Origin: Acanthaster planci
Lineage: Eukaryota
Assembly (NCBI RefSeq): GCF_001949145.1
Contig: NW_019091355.1
Span: 494,083 to 558,082, forward strand
Length of the DNA stretch: 64,000 bases
Direction: 5' to 3'
Shown: positions 46,901 to 60,689 of the stretch, in pieces
Layout: every line of letters begins with the position of its first letter
Position numbering within the stretch: the first letter of the stretch is position 1
The notes under the pieces: model-generated
What the model was told of the DNA's origin: nothing
The model's input: the letters and a program-made list of their open reading frames with translations, nothing else
The model's database searches: none
Position numbers and translations under genes: made by a program

Positions 46901-49900
46901 GATTTTTGGCGGGGGAGGGTGATTCAAAACTTGGAAGTTTGGAAATGCTGCAAACTATAATTACTTGTATTTTGAATGTCCATACAATTCTGAATGATTT
47001 AGTTTGAGCAAATACTTTCAACTTTCTGTTTTTCCAAACATCGCATCAAAAGTTGAAAATTTCTTGAAGTCTGATATTACGTTCATATTGTGCTGGTCAG
47101 CTTCAATCAACAGTTTGCATTTGTTATTGTTTTTGTAAACCCTTTCCTCTAAAAAATTTCTATCATTCAGTTGACAGTCACTTGTATGCTGCTTTGCCAA
47201 CTGCACTTAATCGCTTGATTTTGGCCACTGTCACAGAAAATGGTTGGCTGCCGTTCAGTTGTCTCTTCTAATCTTTTGCTTCCAAACTTTCTTGCCTTGC
47301 ACACTGATCAGAATGGAGAGAAAACTACTTCCAAAATAAAAATTGTCACTGCTTCTAAATGTTTTAGAGTATCATTCTTACGTGAAGGGCATTTTTGTCA
47401 AGGAAAATACTTCCCTCAAAGAACACAACTGAAATTACTAGCCATCCCAGCTAATCAATGAATTAACAGGAATTAAAGGATCATCCCCTTTTAGCTTGGA
47501 AAGCATGCTAAGCTTTAATCTCCAACCATCCCTGTAAGCTGCTTAAGAAGGAAGTGGCCCCCATTGTAAGGTTTCTGCATGTTCCTGGACAAATTGAGGT
47601 CTAATCTCCAGCTACTACCTTGTCAATTAATCCTTTTTTAATCAGACATGTGTAGAACATGTACATCATGTCCTGCAATGTTTACATGAAAGGAAAGTTG
47701 TATTATCCAGCATGGTGGGTCCTTGTTCTGTGCATCCAATAGACTGAGAATTCCCATGCAATATCAAAATTTATCTACACTCCACTTTTTTTGCTAAATT
47801 ACTCTTAACTAGAGACCATCATTGATTTTTGTGTGTGGCATTTTATAACCCACAAGATGGGAGGAATTGGGCAAAATTCCATTATTTTGAGGGGAATCCT
47901 TTGTTCTTGTAACTTTAAAGTTTAGGTGATGTGCACCAAGCCTGAGTCTTTACAACAGTCTGCCTCTAATGTTTTACAATTTGGGGGATACTTGCAAGGG
48001 AACGCGGTGGTTGCCACGACAACCCACATTATTTACCTGTATTTGAATACCCTTTTCTTGGAAGACAAATCTAAATTTACATACATGTACATGTGCTGTG
48101 AGCAGATGTACAGATACACAGCTACACACAGGTCTTGAGAACACACTATCCATGTTGGTACATAAAGTAACTACTGGTAACTGACAGTTTGTGTACTGTC
48201 TGTATGTATTTCATTCAGTGAATGGGTGCCATACAGCTTGATCTCAAACACTGTTGGCAGCTTTAAGGTCTTATCAACAATCAAGACTTCCTCTCTGTAA
48301 TGTGGCTTATCTCTTAATCCTATAGTAATCCTCTCAGACCAGCTGATCTGTGCTGTTTGGACCACCCTCAAAATGTGTCCAAGGCAAACATACATACCGC
48401 AAGGAGACTGCATCATCTTGTTCTCAACTCTCTACTTGGGGAACATGGCCTGATTTCCCCAACTTTTACCAGGGATGTGCCCTTTTCCTACATGTAAATC
48501 TGGATTGCCATGCTGTGCATGAACATTTACAAAGTACATGTACATGTAGTCTAAACTGTAGGCCTACAATTGTTGGGATATTTTCTTTCTTCCGTGGTAA
48601 CACATACAAGGGTAACACTTCAACCTAAATCCATATTCTGCACAAGTTCACAGATGTACATGTACGATAGTGTACTGCGTCCACTTGTGTTCTATCTCTG
48701 AAACCTGTGCAGTAGAACTGTAGGCTGTACATCTCACACATATGTAAAATGCACATACACTGCATGTGTGTGTGCAGAAGGACAGATATTATGCAAGCTT
48801 AGTAAGTCTAGACCTATGCGGACCTGGGATTGTTTGAGGTAGGCATAAACTTCCTGTTGGCTTGTGGCTACATGGCTACTTGGGCTCTGACCGACAGAGG
48901 TCATTTCTAGGTCAGAGAGGTAGCACCCTGGTTTTGAGTTCCAAAGTGGCCTTGCTGGTAGCACCAATCATTGCAATGTTTGCAAGTTAAATTTGGACAA
49001 GATGTTTTTGGCACCCACATGACCCTCTTACCAGTAGCAGTTTTTTCCCAAATAAAAGTAATCACAGTATACAGGCATGGTAAGTTAACAGTACATTGTG
49101 TGCAAAGTACTGTATTTTGCCATCATTCTGTGTTTCTTGGAATTTAAATTAGCTCATTTTACACTGTAAAAATGTGGCAAAAATATAAGAAACTAATAAA
49201 TACTTCATTGCTTATAAGTACAGACTGTATGATTATTAATGTTGTGCATACATGTTAGGACTATACAGTAGCGCTACACATTGCAGCTATGGATTGTTGT
49301 GAATAGCAGACATTTTTACTGTCGTATATGAGAAGTGTTTATGCAATGTACATGTAGCATTTCCCAAAGAGATTTCGGCTCGTTAGAAGTGCTACCCACA
49401 AAGGGTAAGTTTTTGTCAAGTGGGCACCCTTCACCCCTATTACATGGCCTACTCCTAACCTCTCCATACCCCTCTTGTCCCCTAAGTGTGCTGTATTGGT
49501 GGTTATGGCGTCATGGAAAATGCGGGTGTTTACAAAAAGTGTAAAAGGCTTGATCAACGCTGCTGGGAAAATTGCATGGGCATTACAGAATGCGTCGTTG
49601 CTACCATTCTTGACTGTAGATCAGAACTTCACAGAGTTTTCAAAAGTTTTCCAGTTAAATGTGTTTGAACTACCTGTACATGTATAACTGTTGCTTTCTA
49701 CGACAATTTCTTCAGGGAAGCTTACAAGGGACTGGTAGCATGCAGTGACAAGTGGCTGTTATTGCAACATAATGTTTGAGTAATAAAAACCACTTTATAT
49801 CTGCCAAGGCCATCAATATTCTTGTAACTTAGATCTTTGGACCATTTTAGTAAAACTACTGTTCAGACAAAGTGAAGATGTAAATTTCTCTTGTTTTGTT

Positions 49901-50267
49901 TGAGATTTATTTATTTCCACAGGGATGACATTATTTTAAGGCATTGGGATTTCCCCTTAAATGCTTTACATTCCAAGCCAAGCAGCCTATCAGTACATGC
50001 CAGTTTCTGCCATCCAAAAGTCCCTAAAAGACTTTGTGCATATCCCCAAAACAGACTTATCCTGCAGTTGTATACAGCATTGTCACAAGTCTCACTGAGA
50101 TGGAGTCGGGGTGGTACACAGGACGTTTGCATGCACTAAACCGCTACATCGACCAATAGAGATACCAGAATGTACCCATGTGTCGAATTGAAAAGTGCAC
50201 GTACCATAGGTTTACTGCCTCAGTAGCTTGTCATACATGTACTTGTACCTGCCCTTGACATATCAAG

Positions 50268-50375
50268 CATCCTCACCTCAAAAAAGGCCCGGGACCAGAC
50301 TGCCGTGGCACCCATCCAAAAAAACCCCATGCTCTCCAACCACTACCCTGGTAACCGCAGGCCACGGGGGACCAG
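50268..50375 (+). CDS. Possible additional or alternative exon of the transmembrane collagen gene
   Basis: 108-nt phase 1-1 open segment (ASSPQKRPGTRLPWHPSKKTPCSPTTTLVTAGHGGP) ending at a strong CAG|GTAAGT donor. The acceptor is uncertain (50267 or 50360), and the peptide is not Gly-X-Y. Confidence 0.3.
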
Positions 50376-53300
50376 GTAAGTCACGCCAGTGTTTTACCTG
50401 TGGACACGTCTGGGCACCAAGGGGTGGTTTCTGCCGCCGGCGATGATTCACACAGATTCCTCTCCCCAGTGGCTTGCCAGTCGCTGAGACATTAGCCAAT
50501 TTCTTCCCCAACTTTTTTTCTTCAATATTTCAATTTGGGAGTTGTCCAAAAGGGATCCAGACAGTTGGTAATTTTGTTGCGGTTTTCAGTGACATGATAT
50601 TCATCTGTGCTTTTGGCAGTGGAAATTGAATTTTTTCTGCTCCAGGGGAGCATAGACTGAGAAATCCTGGCCAAGGAAATCCTCCTTAGGAGAAATTCTA
50701 AGATTTGATAATGAATTCCAGTAGTATGAGGTTCACTTCTTAATGAAACCAAGGATTCCCCCAAAGTGCCCGTGGCCATCAAATTAATAAGTCCTCCTCA
50801 AAATTAACAAAACCCATACCACAGATGATTAAGACATCAGTGTCTGATGTTGAGGCAAACATCATGACAAAATTTTGGAGGAATCCAAAGAACTGAGTGT
50901 TGGCTAATCTTTATGATTCATGCCATGGTCACACAGATGAGGATAAAAGTTTCATCTAGTCCAGCCTTTCATGCTGTGGCATAATATTCAAATCCAATCA
51001 ATCTTTAGGGAAATTAAACAACAGTTAATCAATTTTCATTGGCTCAAAGACAATTTAGCTGAAATATCAGCTATTAAATTGAAGACTATACCAGTGCTTA
51101 TCCAGCCACAAAGAAATTTGGAGACTGGTACATGTAGCCTGGACTGATTATGGTCAGTGGTCAACCATTAATCTGCACATTGGCATTAGCCTCTTAGTTG
51201 AATTCTGGAGATTGGCAGTTCGAATCCTACCAGTACTTAAGCTTTTCCTGCCCCGGTAGGACCTGCAAATGATACTAGTACACAGATGATTTTTATGTTG
51301 GTCTTTTTCATGTGGATGGGTGAAAGTTCCTCTCACTCATAAAAATTTGACCACCACTCCCCTTGATTTCACCACAGGAAATCAGTTGGCTAATCTCAAA
51401 GATCAAGGGGAAATGTAATTTCTTCTCTACCCTCAATTTATGATATCCTGGTATGACGTTTCCATAGCGACCTCCAGGCCAGTGTTTTTTGTCACCCACC
51501 CACTGGCCAGTTTACCCTGTCATAGGCAGGCAAGTGAGTTTTGACATTAGTCCCTGGTGTTTCATCATATAAAGTAAACACCACTAGCTCAGAAAGCTTT
51601 TTTAGGATTGCAAGGAGTAAATAAACAACCTTGAATTCAGAGGAGTCATTGTATGTTCTCGGTGTTTGGTTCCTCAAGTGGTGAAAGCTACCTGTGCGTG
51701 ATCTTGAACTTGGCTGTCACGACAATGTCTGTCAACTGCCAGTGCTAAAACAGTAATTCTATTAACGACATCGGAAACATGAATTTGTCAAGCTCATGTG
51801 AGCATACTATCTTGGACACAAGGCAGGCATGGAGAGCCATGTAACTACACTATAGCAGCAGGACTCACTCAAATGCTAGACATGTGACAACAGTATATTT
51901 TGAAGAGGATTGGTTGTGCTGAGGCACGTAGACCACAAAGAGATTTAATGGGTTTTCTTACGGGATAGTGTTTCCTTTAATTTGTATGTTTAGTGTCCAC
52001 CAATCCATAGAGTTGCTAGACGAACAAGACAGTGATTAGAAAACGTACGTTCCAAGTGAAGTAACCTGGATACCAGTCAGAGATAGCACTTACCACATTG
52101 AAATTTACAAAATTAGCTGGTAACCTATTTGAATGTTTGCACTCTGCTTTGGTGTGTAAGTTCGTTCTTCCAGTGTATTGCATTTTATCAGTTTATGATG
52201 GTTAGAGATAGAAGTTTTTGAGGGATGCATCAACTTTACATTGCATTTTATTGAGATTTCCATGTACATGTACACGGAACATCATTTTACTTGTGAAGTC
52301 TGTGTAGTACATGCTTATACACGTGTTTATGGTCAAGCAAAGAATCCTTCCCCTTTGGTCAAATCCCTTAAGCCCATCAATAAATTCAGCTTACCCCTGG
52401 ACAAAAACTCTGCAGGAGAAAACCTCTGTGGGGGTTGGCTGTCTGTTCAGTTGGTACTCTGCTTAACTGATAAACTTGATTGGCACATCAGTTGCGCTTC
52501 CTATTCTTCTGTGGTCCCCTGGGAGCCCATTGTCCCCCTCCTTAGATATTGTTTCCCATGTTGGCCCTCTGACAATACCCCATGTCACACCTTTCCAGAC
52601 CCTGAAATCCCACTTAAGCCCAGCGTAATTGACTCTCTTTAAGCCTAGGTAGCCCAGGTTTGCCTGCATTTAGATGGCCATGTGCGATGTGATTTGTGTA
52701 GGTTGATGAATTTGGAAGCGTATGTGATGTTAAACGGTGCAACCAAATTGCCAAGTTCAGTAGACATTCCGTTAAATACTTAAGACATCATGTGTTCTCT
52801 GAGTGCTAAGGAACAAGGGAGTTCATTTTATTTAAGTTCATAGCATCACAGGAATGCAGACCTAACTCAGAAATGAAGAAATTTGAGATCAAATTTTTGA
52901 ATAGTGACGTTCACTTCATCTTTCCTTCAAAGTGTTGCTGCAGTCTTAAGTTGATGATGTGTACATGCAGGTACCCAATAATTTAGATGCCCGACTTTTC
53001 TGATTCATTTTTATCTCAAAGCAGTTACGTAAAGGCAGCTGAATTTGTGTCGTGGTTGGGGGTGTCTGAAGCAAAGTTCACCGATCTTAAGTTTATTGAC
53101 CTTCCTGATTTTGCAAAGGTCAAATTAGAGGGTCCTCCGCACCAGTTCGAATGCTGTTCCCCGGAACTACTTTTTTTAACGTCAATTCATGAGGCTGAGC
53201 TGTCAACCTTTGGCATAAAAGGGGTTGTATCCCACAAAACTGCACTCATAAAAAATTCATCTGAAACGTTAGTGCATTAAAGCGAGCCCGTCAAAACTGT

Positions 53301-54476
53301 TCATGTCTTGCAGAGTTGAATGATGTCAAAGAGGAAATAAGCCCCCGGGGAAAAAACAAAAAAGCCAAAAGAATGGGATGCGCTGGGAAGAACATGATCA
53401 ATATTTTCTCAGGGGATTGATTCGAGGACTGGCAGAGATGGTCCCTGGTTGTTTGGAAACAATTGCTGGCTTGAATTGACCGGGATGGCTAGTCACTCAA
53501 TACCACCAGGTAGTGGTGAAAACAAAGGGCTTTTCATGAGTGTCTTTCATAGTTGCAATTGTGTGACACAGCTTTCACACTGAGCACTTGGATGTTACAA
53601 TGTGGTCAGAAGATCTTTGACACATTGGCTTTTTTAGTGGTGATTCCACCATCTTGACATCAATCAATGACTAATTTCCTTTAACAAAGTTTATTGATGG
53701 AGAATATCTTTTGAGATACATGTACTATTTAAGAATTGTGTGTATGTAGGGAGGGGGTGGAAACGTAGATGTGATGTTAGATCTTTATCCCAAACTCCTG
53801 AGGTGTTCTCCGGAAATGTCCTAGAATCCTGCAAAATCTCCTATATGTACGGTAGTTTCAGTCAAACCAGTAGCACAAGAGTGTATCGAAACATAGGGCT
53901 ACTTGAGTATTTTTTATAATGTATTTTTATTTACTTATTTATTTGTTTATTTAAAAACATATTTACAAAGGGTAACATTGTTCAACAATAGCCGTTTTTC
54001 AAAATGGCCTTGTTATCAAAAACAATATACCACAAGAAAGACACCAAGAATATGAAAATGAATAATGACTAAAAAAAGGTACTTCCTGTAAACTGTGTCC
54101 TTTTAACAACTAATCAGGATTCATTTAAAACAAACGTTTGAAGTAGTTTTAAAGGTGATGACACTAGTGAATAGTGATATCTTTAATTCCTGACAGAAGT
54201 GTTCTTTTGCTACTCTAGCAGTTGTTCATGCAGTGGGCTACCACTAACCTTTATGGTTCTTCAAGCCCTGAAATGTTCTCAAATCCCTGAAACTTTGGCT
54301 TGAAATTCCAAGGCCGAGGGATGATTAATGTTGGCAACTGTGCAGCCACCCTCTCCAACCCAGTTACTCAACTTTCAGTTGCAGCATTGAGGCAGGAATG
54401 TTTCAACCAAAAAAACTACCTTTTATTGGGCCAAACACAGGTTAAGAATCAAGTGAATGAAGCACCAACAAATAGG

Positions 54477-54704
54477 CAGTGGCATAGCTACATGTACCAG
54501 TAGGATTTTACTGGTGGGAGGGGGCACAAAGGGAGCACCAGTATCTTATGGGAAGGGCACCAGCTTTCACTGGCGCGTTTTTTGGGGCAAGTATTTGTTA
54601 GCCTCATTCAATATCCATTCCTCCGTTTTGTTGGGGGGGGGCACCAGGAATTTGTGGGGGAGGTATGTGCCCCCAGGCCCCCCATAGCTACATGTTCCTC
54701 ACTG
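54477..54704. mobile_element. hAT-like MITE relic
   Basis: Termini CAGTGGCATAGCTA...TAGCTAC(ATGTTCCT)CACTG around a G-rich interior. The flanks CAAATAGG and CAAACACG match at 6 of 8 positions, as expected for a decayed 8-bp TSD. Confidence 0.55.
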
Positions 54705-55452
54705 CAAACACGCATAGGCAGGATAGTATAAATCTGCGTGAAGAGAGATTGCAAAATGCAGCTCCTAGCATGTAGCCATTATTTAAATTTTTGTAGCATG
54801 ACAAAAGCAAAGCGGCACTTTACATACATGTATATGTACATGGTGATTGATCTTAGCATACTATGCCCAAGCCTTGGTCTCCAAAGTTTGCCCCACACCT
54901 CCAAATTACCTGTAGGTATCAGCTGTTTGATATTACTTGTATTTGTGACCATTTGGAAAATTGATGTGCTTTTTGAGTTTTGCTGCTTGGGAAATGAATC
55001 AAGAATGCCATTGCTTGATCTTTGCTGGTTCACCATGTCTGATATTGTTAACACATGAACACATTAGCACTCTTCCTAGCCTACATGAGCACTTAAGTTT
55101 GCATAGCTGAAGCTAATTGCTATCAAATGCCAACTTGCAACCTATTATATCACTTTAATGTGAACCATGTGCTGAGGTGTTACAATTGTACTTCAGTACC
55201 CCCAGGCAAACACTGCATGTTGGCCCAGTAGGCCCACATGGGTTGGAGCGGAAGTGATTGCTTATGGTCCACTGGGTGCTTAGATGGTGGTCTCCCCAGA
55301 AAAAATCACATGAATTATAGTGTGAACCTGTACAAATTACTGCAGCTGCAGTGCATGACCAAAAGAGTAACACCCTCTCTCTATATGGGAGAAACAGGCA
55401 GGTATACATGTATGTACAGCATGTCTTTTCAGCCCTGTTTCCAACAGTTCTA

Positions 55453-55671
55453 GGCCATTTCCAATACTCAACTTCGTCTCCGTCTCAGGCTTCCTTCCCA
55501 AAACCAATCCCAATTGTGTTGGCCTGAAGTGTTAAAATTACATTGGATTCCTGTAATTTTTGGCATTCTTGTGGCACTATTAGACTGATTACTGTGCTTA
55601 CAGCTTCAAAGTCAGCTACATAAACAGTTGAAGCTTAAGATGGAGCCGAAGTTGAGTATTGGAAAACGGCC
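55453..55671. mobile_element. PIF/Harbinger (Tourist)-like MITE, 219 bp
   Basis: TIRs GGCCATTTCCAATACTCAACTTCGTCTCCGTCT / AGATGGAGCCGAAGTTGAGTATTGGAAAACGGCC, flanked on both sides by CTA (3-bp TSD). Confidence 0.75.
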
Positions 55672-57361
55672 CTAAGCTGTGCATTTTGGGGTAGTGGAAT
55701 GGCAGATACTTTTTTCATACCTAAATAATGAAAGGTATTTGGATCACCATTCCTTTTGTGCTGTTTAAAGCCTACATGTATGTACATGTACAGTACAGGC
55801 CACTTTGTAAAACATCCAAAACCAATCAGAATTCCTCACGTCAAATATTGAGATGATTATCAGCTTATACCACTTGCAAAAGAAGGAACAAATATACGAA
55901 TGCAAGTTTTCTCTCAGTTGGATTAATGTAAATTCAGGCAGATGTGTTCTTGGCATTTTGTTGCATTAACCCGTTGAATGCCTGGAAAGTTAAGGGATGG
56001 TTTGGGCATTGTCAGCCAATTTAAATCTAAACGTCTCCCGTCAGTGGGCATGAGCAGAAAAAATTACCTGTTCATCTGCTTCAAATTAAATACACGTGCA
56101 ACCTGTCTTTGAAAACTAATATTTACCTAATAGTGCCAGTGTGATTGGGCGTCGGCCGCTAATTGAAACATGATTAAGACAAGTTTTCAGGAAGGGCTGG
56201 ATTTGTCGACAGCCATTGCCAGGGGACCAGTCTGAAGTACAGTCTCTACCCCTGTAGCCAGTCTAAAATTGGATTAGATATCATTGGGGAATTTTGGGGC
56301 TTGCAGGGGATGTATTGGCCTAATTTGGCCCAGATGTGTCTCGAAAACCAACCCCTCCAAATTAATCACTAGGGTAAGAAAATACTTGTGAATGCACCTC
56401 TGTCCTTAGCTTGGTGTGGAGGGATTGTCAACGGAAACCGTGGCACAGATTATCTTCAGAGAGAACGCAACTGCCAGGAAATTTAGTCTTGGCCCTCTCA
56501 GGGATAAGAAGGGGAGGTCTGAAGTCTCGCACGAGATACGGAGTGGCAACAGATGGAGTAAACTGGCCTGCCGATTGGTGAAGTTCCCAAGACAGTCGCA
56601 GGACCTGAAACTAATAACTTAAAAGCGCGTCAGGTTCTTGCATATCCTGAGACCTCAAGAAGTCTGCCATGGTACACAGACCAACACCAGATGCCACCTT
56701 GTTCTTGTTGCTCCCTGTCAGATGTTTCCATTTCTCAAAATGGGAGTTTTTACGGCAGCGCCCTCGTGTGTAAGCTGTGGGTGGGGTGGTAGCATCGACA
56801 GGAAATCTGTCCTGTTGGTTAATTAGAACCTCAGACGAGAACTTGGAGTGCAAGGGATTGTGGAGCCAGGTAGTGGCAGTTGGACCTGGCCCACGTTAGA
56901 CATGAGGTAAGGGAGTGTACGATACTCTCTCAGGGGATTCCCAGATATAGTCGTGCTAGACTTGGACGGGAAGTGGTACGGAAATGTCCAATTAAGAATG
57001 TGAAGAACACAATGATGACAGATTGACATACATGTACTTGGCCCACATTATCTGTCGGTTTGAACAGCCGGGCCATGTATGGACATAGCCTCTTATTTTT
57101 GGGAAGTGGGTTCACTAATATTGTAAATATGTATGTACATTATTTTAGCTGTTTCTTTACAGGTTTTGTGTTTATCTTTCATGTTTTTCGTCCAAGCTGT
57201 TTAATACCCAGCTTGTAAACACCTTGCACTATTTACTACAAAATTGCATAAAGCAAGTGAAATAAAGCTTGTTCTCATGAAGCAAACATGGGCAAGGTCG
57301 GACGCAAACTATATGTTTAGTTCGACCAGTAGTCAGATGCTTTTTAACAATAATTATGGGC

Positions 57362-57508
57362 AATACGGGCGATTCACAATAGTGCACCACCAAGAGTTTG
57401 CATCGCATTGGCCAATCATAATGCGCGAAATTTGTCGATCCTTTCCAAACACGCATTGGGTCGACAAATTTCGTGCATTGTGATTGGCCAATGCGTTGCA
57501 AACTCTCT
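57362..57508. mobile_element. Palindromic MITE family, copy A (right arm truncated)
   Basis: AATACGGGCGATTCACAATAGT...TTGCAAACTCT, homologous to 57971-58146 and 60519-60689. Confidence 0.75.
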
Positions 57509-57970
57509 CTCATGGAGGTACCTATTGTTCTTGTGGCTCTACCCAATGGGGACCTATTGTGGTAGGGGAGGGGTATGGACGAAGCCATTTACCGAAATAA
57601 TCCTGATGAGTGAACTTGTGCAAAACCTTCCCGCCTGATTTTTTTGCTACATCACATTGGAACAGGAGACTAACGTCATCAAGATGATGTCCCAGGAGGG
57701 TAGGTTCGAAAACCTTCCTGAGGTTGCGTCTGCTGCGGAACAATAGTTTCTCTGCCGGTCTTCCTGTATAGTTGGGGACCGTTCTGCTGAGTTGGAGTGA
57801 TATCCCCCTACCCTGTGTTTCCTTCCCCCTTCACTGCTGGAGAGAGTGGGGAGGAAATGTGAAATAAGGGTCGGTTAGTTAGCAATATCTGGGCGGGTTC
57901 TGCTCCACGTGCGAGAAGCTTTACTTCTGAAATGCATACTCATTTTCTAAATCTGTGCTAAGTTCATAAG

Positions 57971-58146
57971 AATACGGGCGATTCACAAAAGTTCGCCACT
58001 AAGAGTCTGCAACGTGTTGGTCAATCACAATACGCAAAAGCTGTCGACCCAATGCGCGTTCAGAAAGGGTCAACAGATTTCGCACGTTGTGATTGGCGAA
58101 CGTGTTGCAGACTCTTGGGGGCGCACTATTGTGAATTGCCTGTATT
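57971..58146. mobile_element. Palindromic MITE family, copy B (full length, about 176 bp)
   Basis: AATACGGGCGATTCACAA...TTGTGAATTGCCTGTATT. The arms pair over about 80 bp around a short spacer. Confidence 0.8.
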
Positions 58147-60518
58147 GCTGCCTCAAACATCATAACCACCCTCCCTTGGGAGCATCCTGTAAAAATGGAT
58201 AAAATGGAATGCAAGTTAGGTGTTGAACCTACAGTATTTGTTTGAATTTTTAAATGGAAACTCAGGACAGCGCTTGTGAAACTGATGGTTTTTATCTTTG
58301 AATTAAATGCACAAAAGAAGATTTTGAAATGCCGTTATACTTGTACATGTAGGCCTAATTTAGGCAGTGACAGTTCAGTTTTTTGAACTGGTTTGCAGTG
58401 TGTGTAATTGTATCACTTTACTCAGTTTTATTGGTTGAGGAGTAAGGTTTCAATGAACCAGAAAACTTGTAAGCCAAATATCTTGTGTATTTGCATACCT
58501 GCCCCCTCAACACCTATTGAGAGCTCTATGAATTACTAGTAGCTTTGGCTGTCAAGGGTAGGGCCCAGTTAAATGTGACACATACTAGTATTATATAGAG
58601 TATGGTAGTTGTTCATTTGTTAAGGTGAATATTGAGCTTGTGAGCACAGATGTTTAAAGTTAAAGAATTTTCCTGACAGTTGTATTTGAGAAGTAGGGAA
58701 AATAGTCGAATGTTGGGCCAACAAAATATGGCTGCCCTTTCTCCTCTTTGTTAGTTCAACGTCAGACCTGACCCATATTGTACTGAAAGGTCAGCAATAC
58801 CCAGACCAGTCCTCAGATCAGAGGAATAGCACACAATCTCACTGAATCGTGTGCGCACCCACACTGAGTCATACATGTACCTCTGACAGTCATAATTCGT
58901 GCTTAGGTCCTAATCCTTGTGGCGGAGGTTGGCACTGCATCATGTTGGCACACTTTGGGAGCTGTCTGTCATCGGTAGCAGTGGATTTGACGATTTGTCA
59001 TCTGGGAGTCTAACTCTAACCTGTCCTGCTGTATTTCCGTGCTTTCCCCACTTCCCCTCACTGGTTGACTGAGTTACATGCACCTGTTGTTCAGTGTTCA
59101 TGAAGTAGTTCGTTTACCATGGGGAGGGACTGGGTGGAGGTAGATTCCCACCTCCTGCCTTATACTCTATCTAAACTTAGCTTGGCTGTCTCATATATCA
59201 AGTATTGGAAGGCCGGGCACTCAGGCACTGGTATGGGTAGTGTTGTCTTTCCATCTCTGACCTGTCTCCAATTCACTGCTCAGCATACGATATTAGGCTA
59301 ACAGAGTCTCTGAGTACTTCATGAAGACGCTAAGCAGTAAGCATAGCAAAACGCATGCTGACCTTGGCAGAAAAATTTTCTTAACGCAGAGACAAAACCC
59401 TAGAAATCTCTATACACACATTACCATACCAAGCACTGTCCATGAAATAGTGCTTGCAGTTAGCAAAATGTCTGCTATATTGGCGTAGTTGGTACAACTT
59501 TTCTGCTAACTGTTAAGCAGTGTCATGACATTGGGCCCTGGGGTCAAATAATTCTAAACCCACATGTACAGGAAGAAACAAGTCCCTGCCTATGTGAATG
59601 CTGGGCCATAATCAGAGTATAGCTTGACGTTCCCTGAAAGCAAAATAAGAAAGACAAGTGGCTTGAGTTTGGATATGCTATGCCCCAAATCCTAGGTCTA
59701 ACATCACAATATTCTCACACATGCGAGTCAGATATCAAGATCTGTCAACGAGTCTTGCTGTCGTGAGGTGTGTCACCAGTCAATACGCCTCTGGGCTTTA
59801 GATGTAAGATTCAGAAGTCCCTGTACTCTTGTCCCATTTCTTGCTTTCACACCCCCCATAGCTTCCCAAGATTTGCAGACATATCGTCTAATGCTTTTCG
59901 CTGCTATCACAGTTTAGATATCCCTAAAGATTATGGGCTCAGACAGCATAATGATGGGACATCATATCTGAAATCTTTGCCAAGTTAGAGTTCTCCATGG
60001 CCTTCATTCGGCTTTGTTTGAGCTACACATTGATGTATTTTGACAGCGATGTGGATAGGAAAATTATTTGAGCAGTAACAAGATTAACTGTGACCTTGAC
60101 ATTAACGACAGTCACTCGGGCCAACAACTGCAACTCTAACAGCAGCTAAATGCAACTGTGACAGTGACAAGCAGCAGCATGTAACTTTCATGTGACCTGC
60201 AGATGCCATGTCAGCTAAAAAAGAGCAGTAAACTATAATGTTAAGATTGTCCAAAGTACATGTACATCACTGCTGCATTTCCTGACTGCGCGTCTTCTGG
60301 AGGTGACCAGAAAACATTGTTTTAGACCCCAGTCTATAAATATCTCAGAACCAACGTGCCCTTAAAAAGAATCGTTACACTTTACATGTAGGCCTTGTGT
60401 GTCTTCAAACCTTTGTAACTGTACTGCATTTTCATGACTCAAACCTTCCATTCTTGCACATTATCCTTTGCCATACTTTTCAAGGAAATTTGGAGTAATT
60501 GTAGAAGTTTATAATTGA

Positions 60519-60689
60519 AGGCGTTTCACAGTAGTGCGCCTCCAAGCATTTGCAACGTGTTAACCAATCACAGTGCGTGAAATTTGTCGACCCAATGCGC
60601 TTTTGGAAAGGGTCTACAAATTTCGGGTGTTGTGATTGGCCAACACGTTGCAAACTCGTGGAGGCGAACTATTGTGAATCGCCTGTATT
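60519..60689. mobile_element. Palindromic MITE family, copy C
   Basis: GGCGTTTCACAGTAGTGCGCC...GGCGAACTATTGTGAATCGCCTGTATT, homologous to copies A and B. Confidence 0.75.

Noticed and set aside
51140..51290. B-box-like GTTCGAATCC at 51218-51227 suggesting another SINE or tRNA
   Set aside because: No clear A box, boundaries or second copy in the window, so support is insufficient.
59310..59540. Possible MITE (TCATGAAGACGCTAAGCAG ... CTGTTAAGCAGTGTCATGA)
   Set aside because: The inverted similarity is short and degenerate, and the termini and TSD could not be defined.
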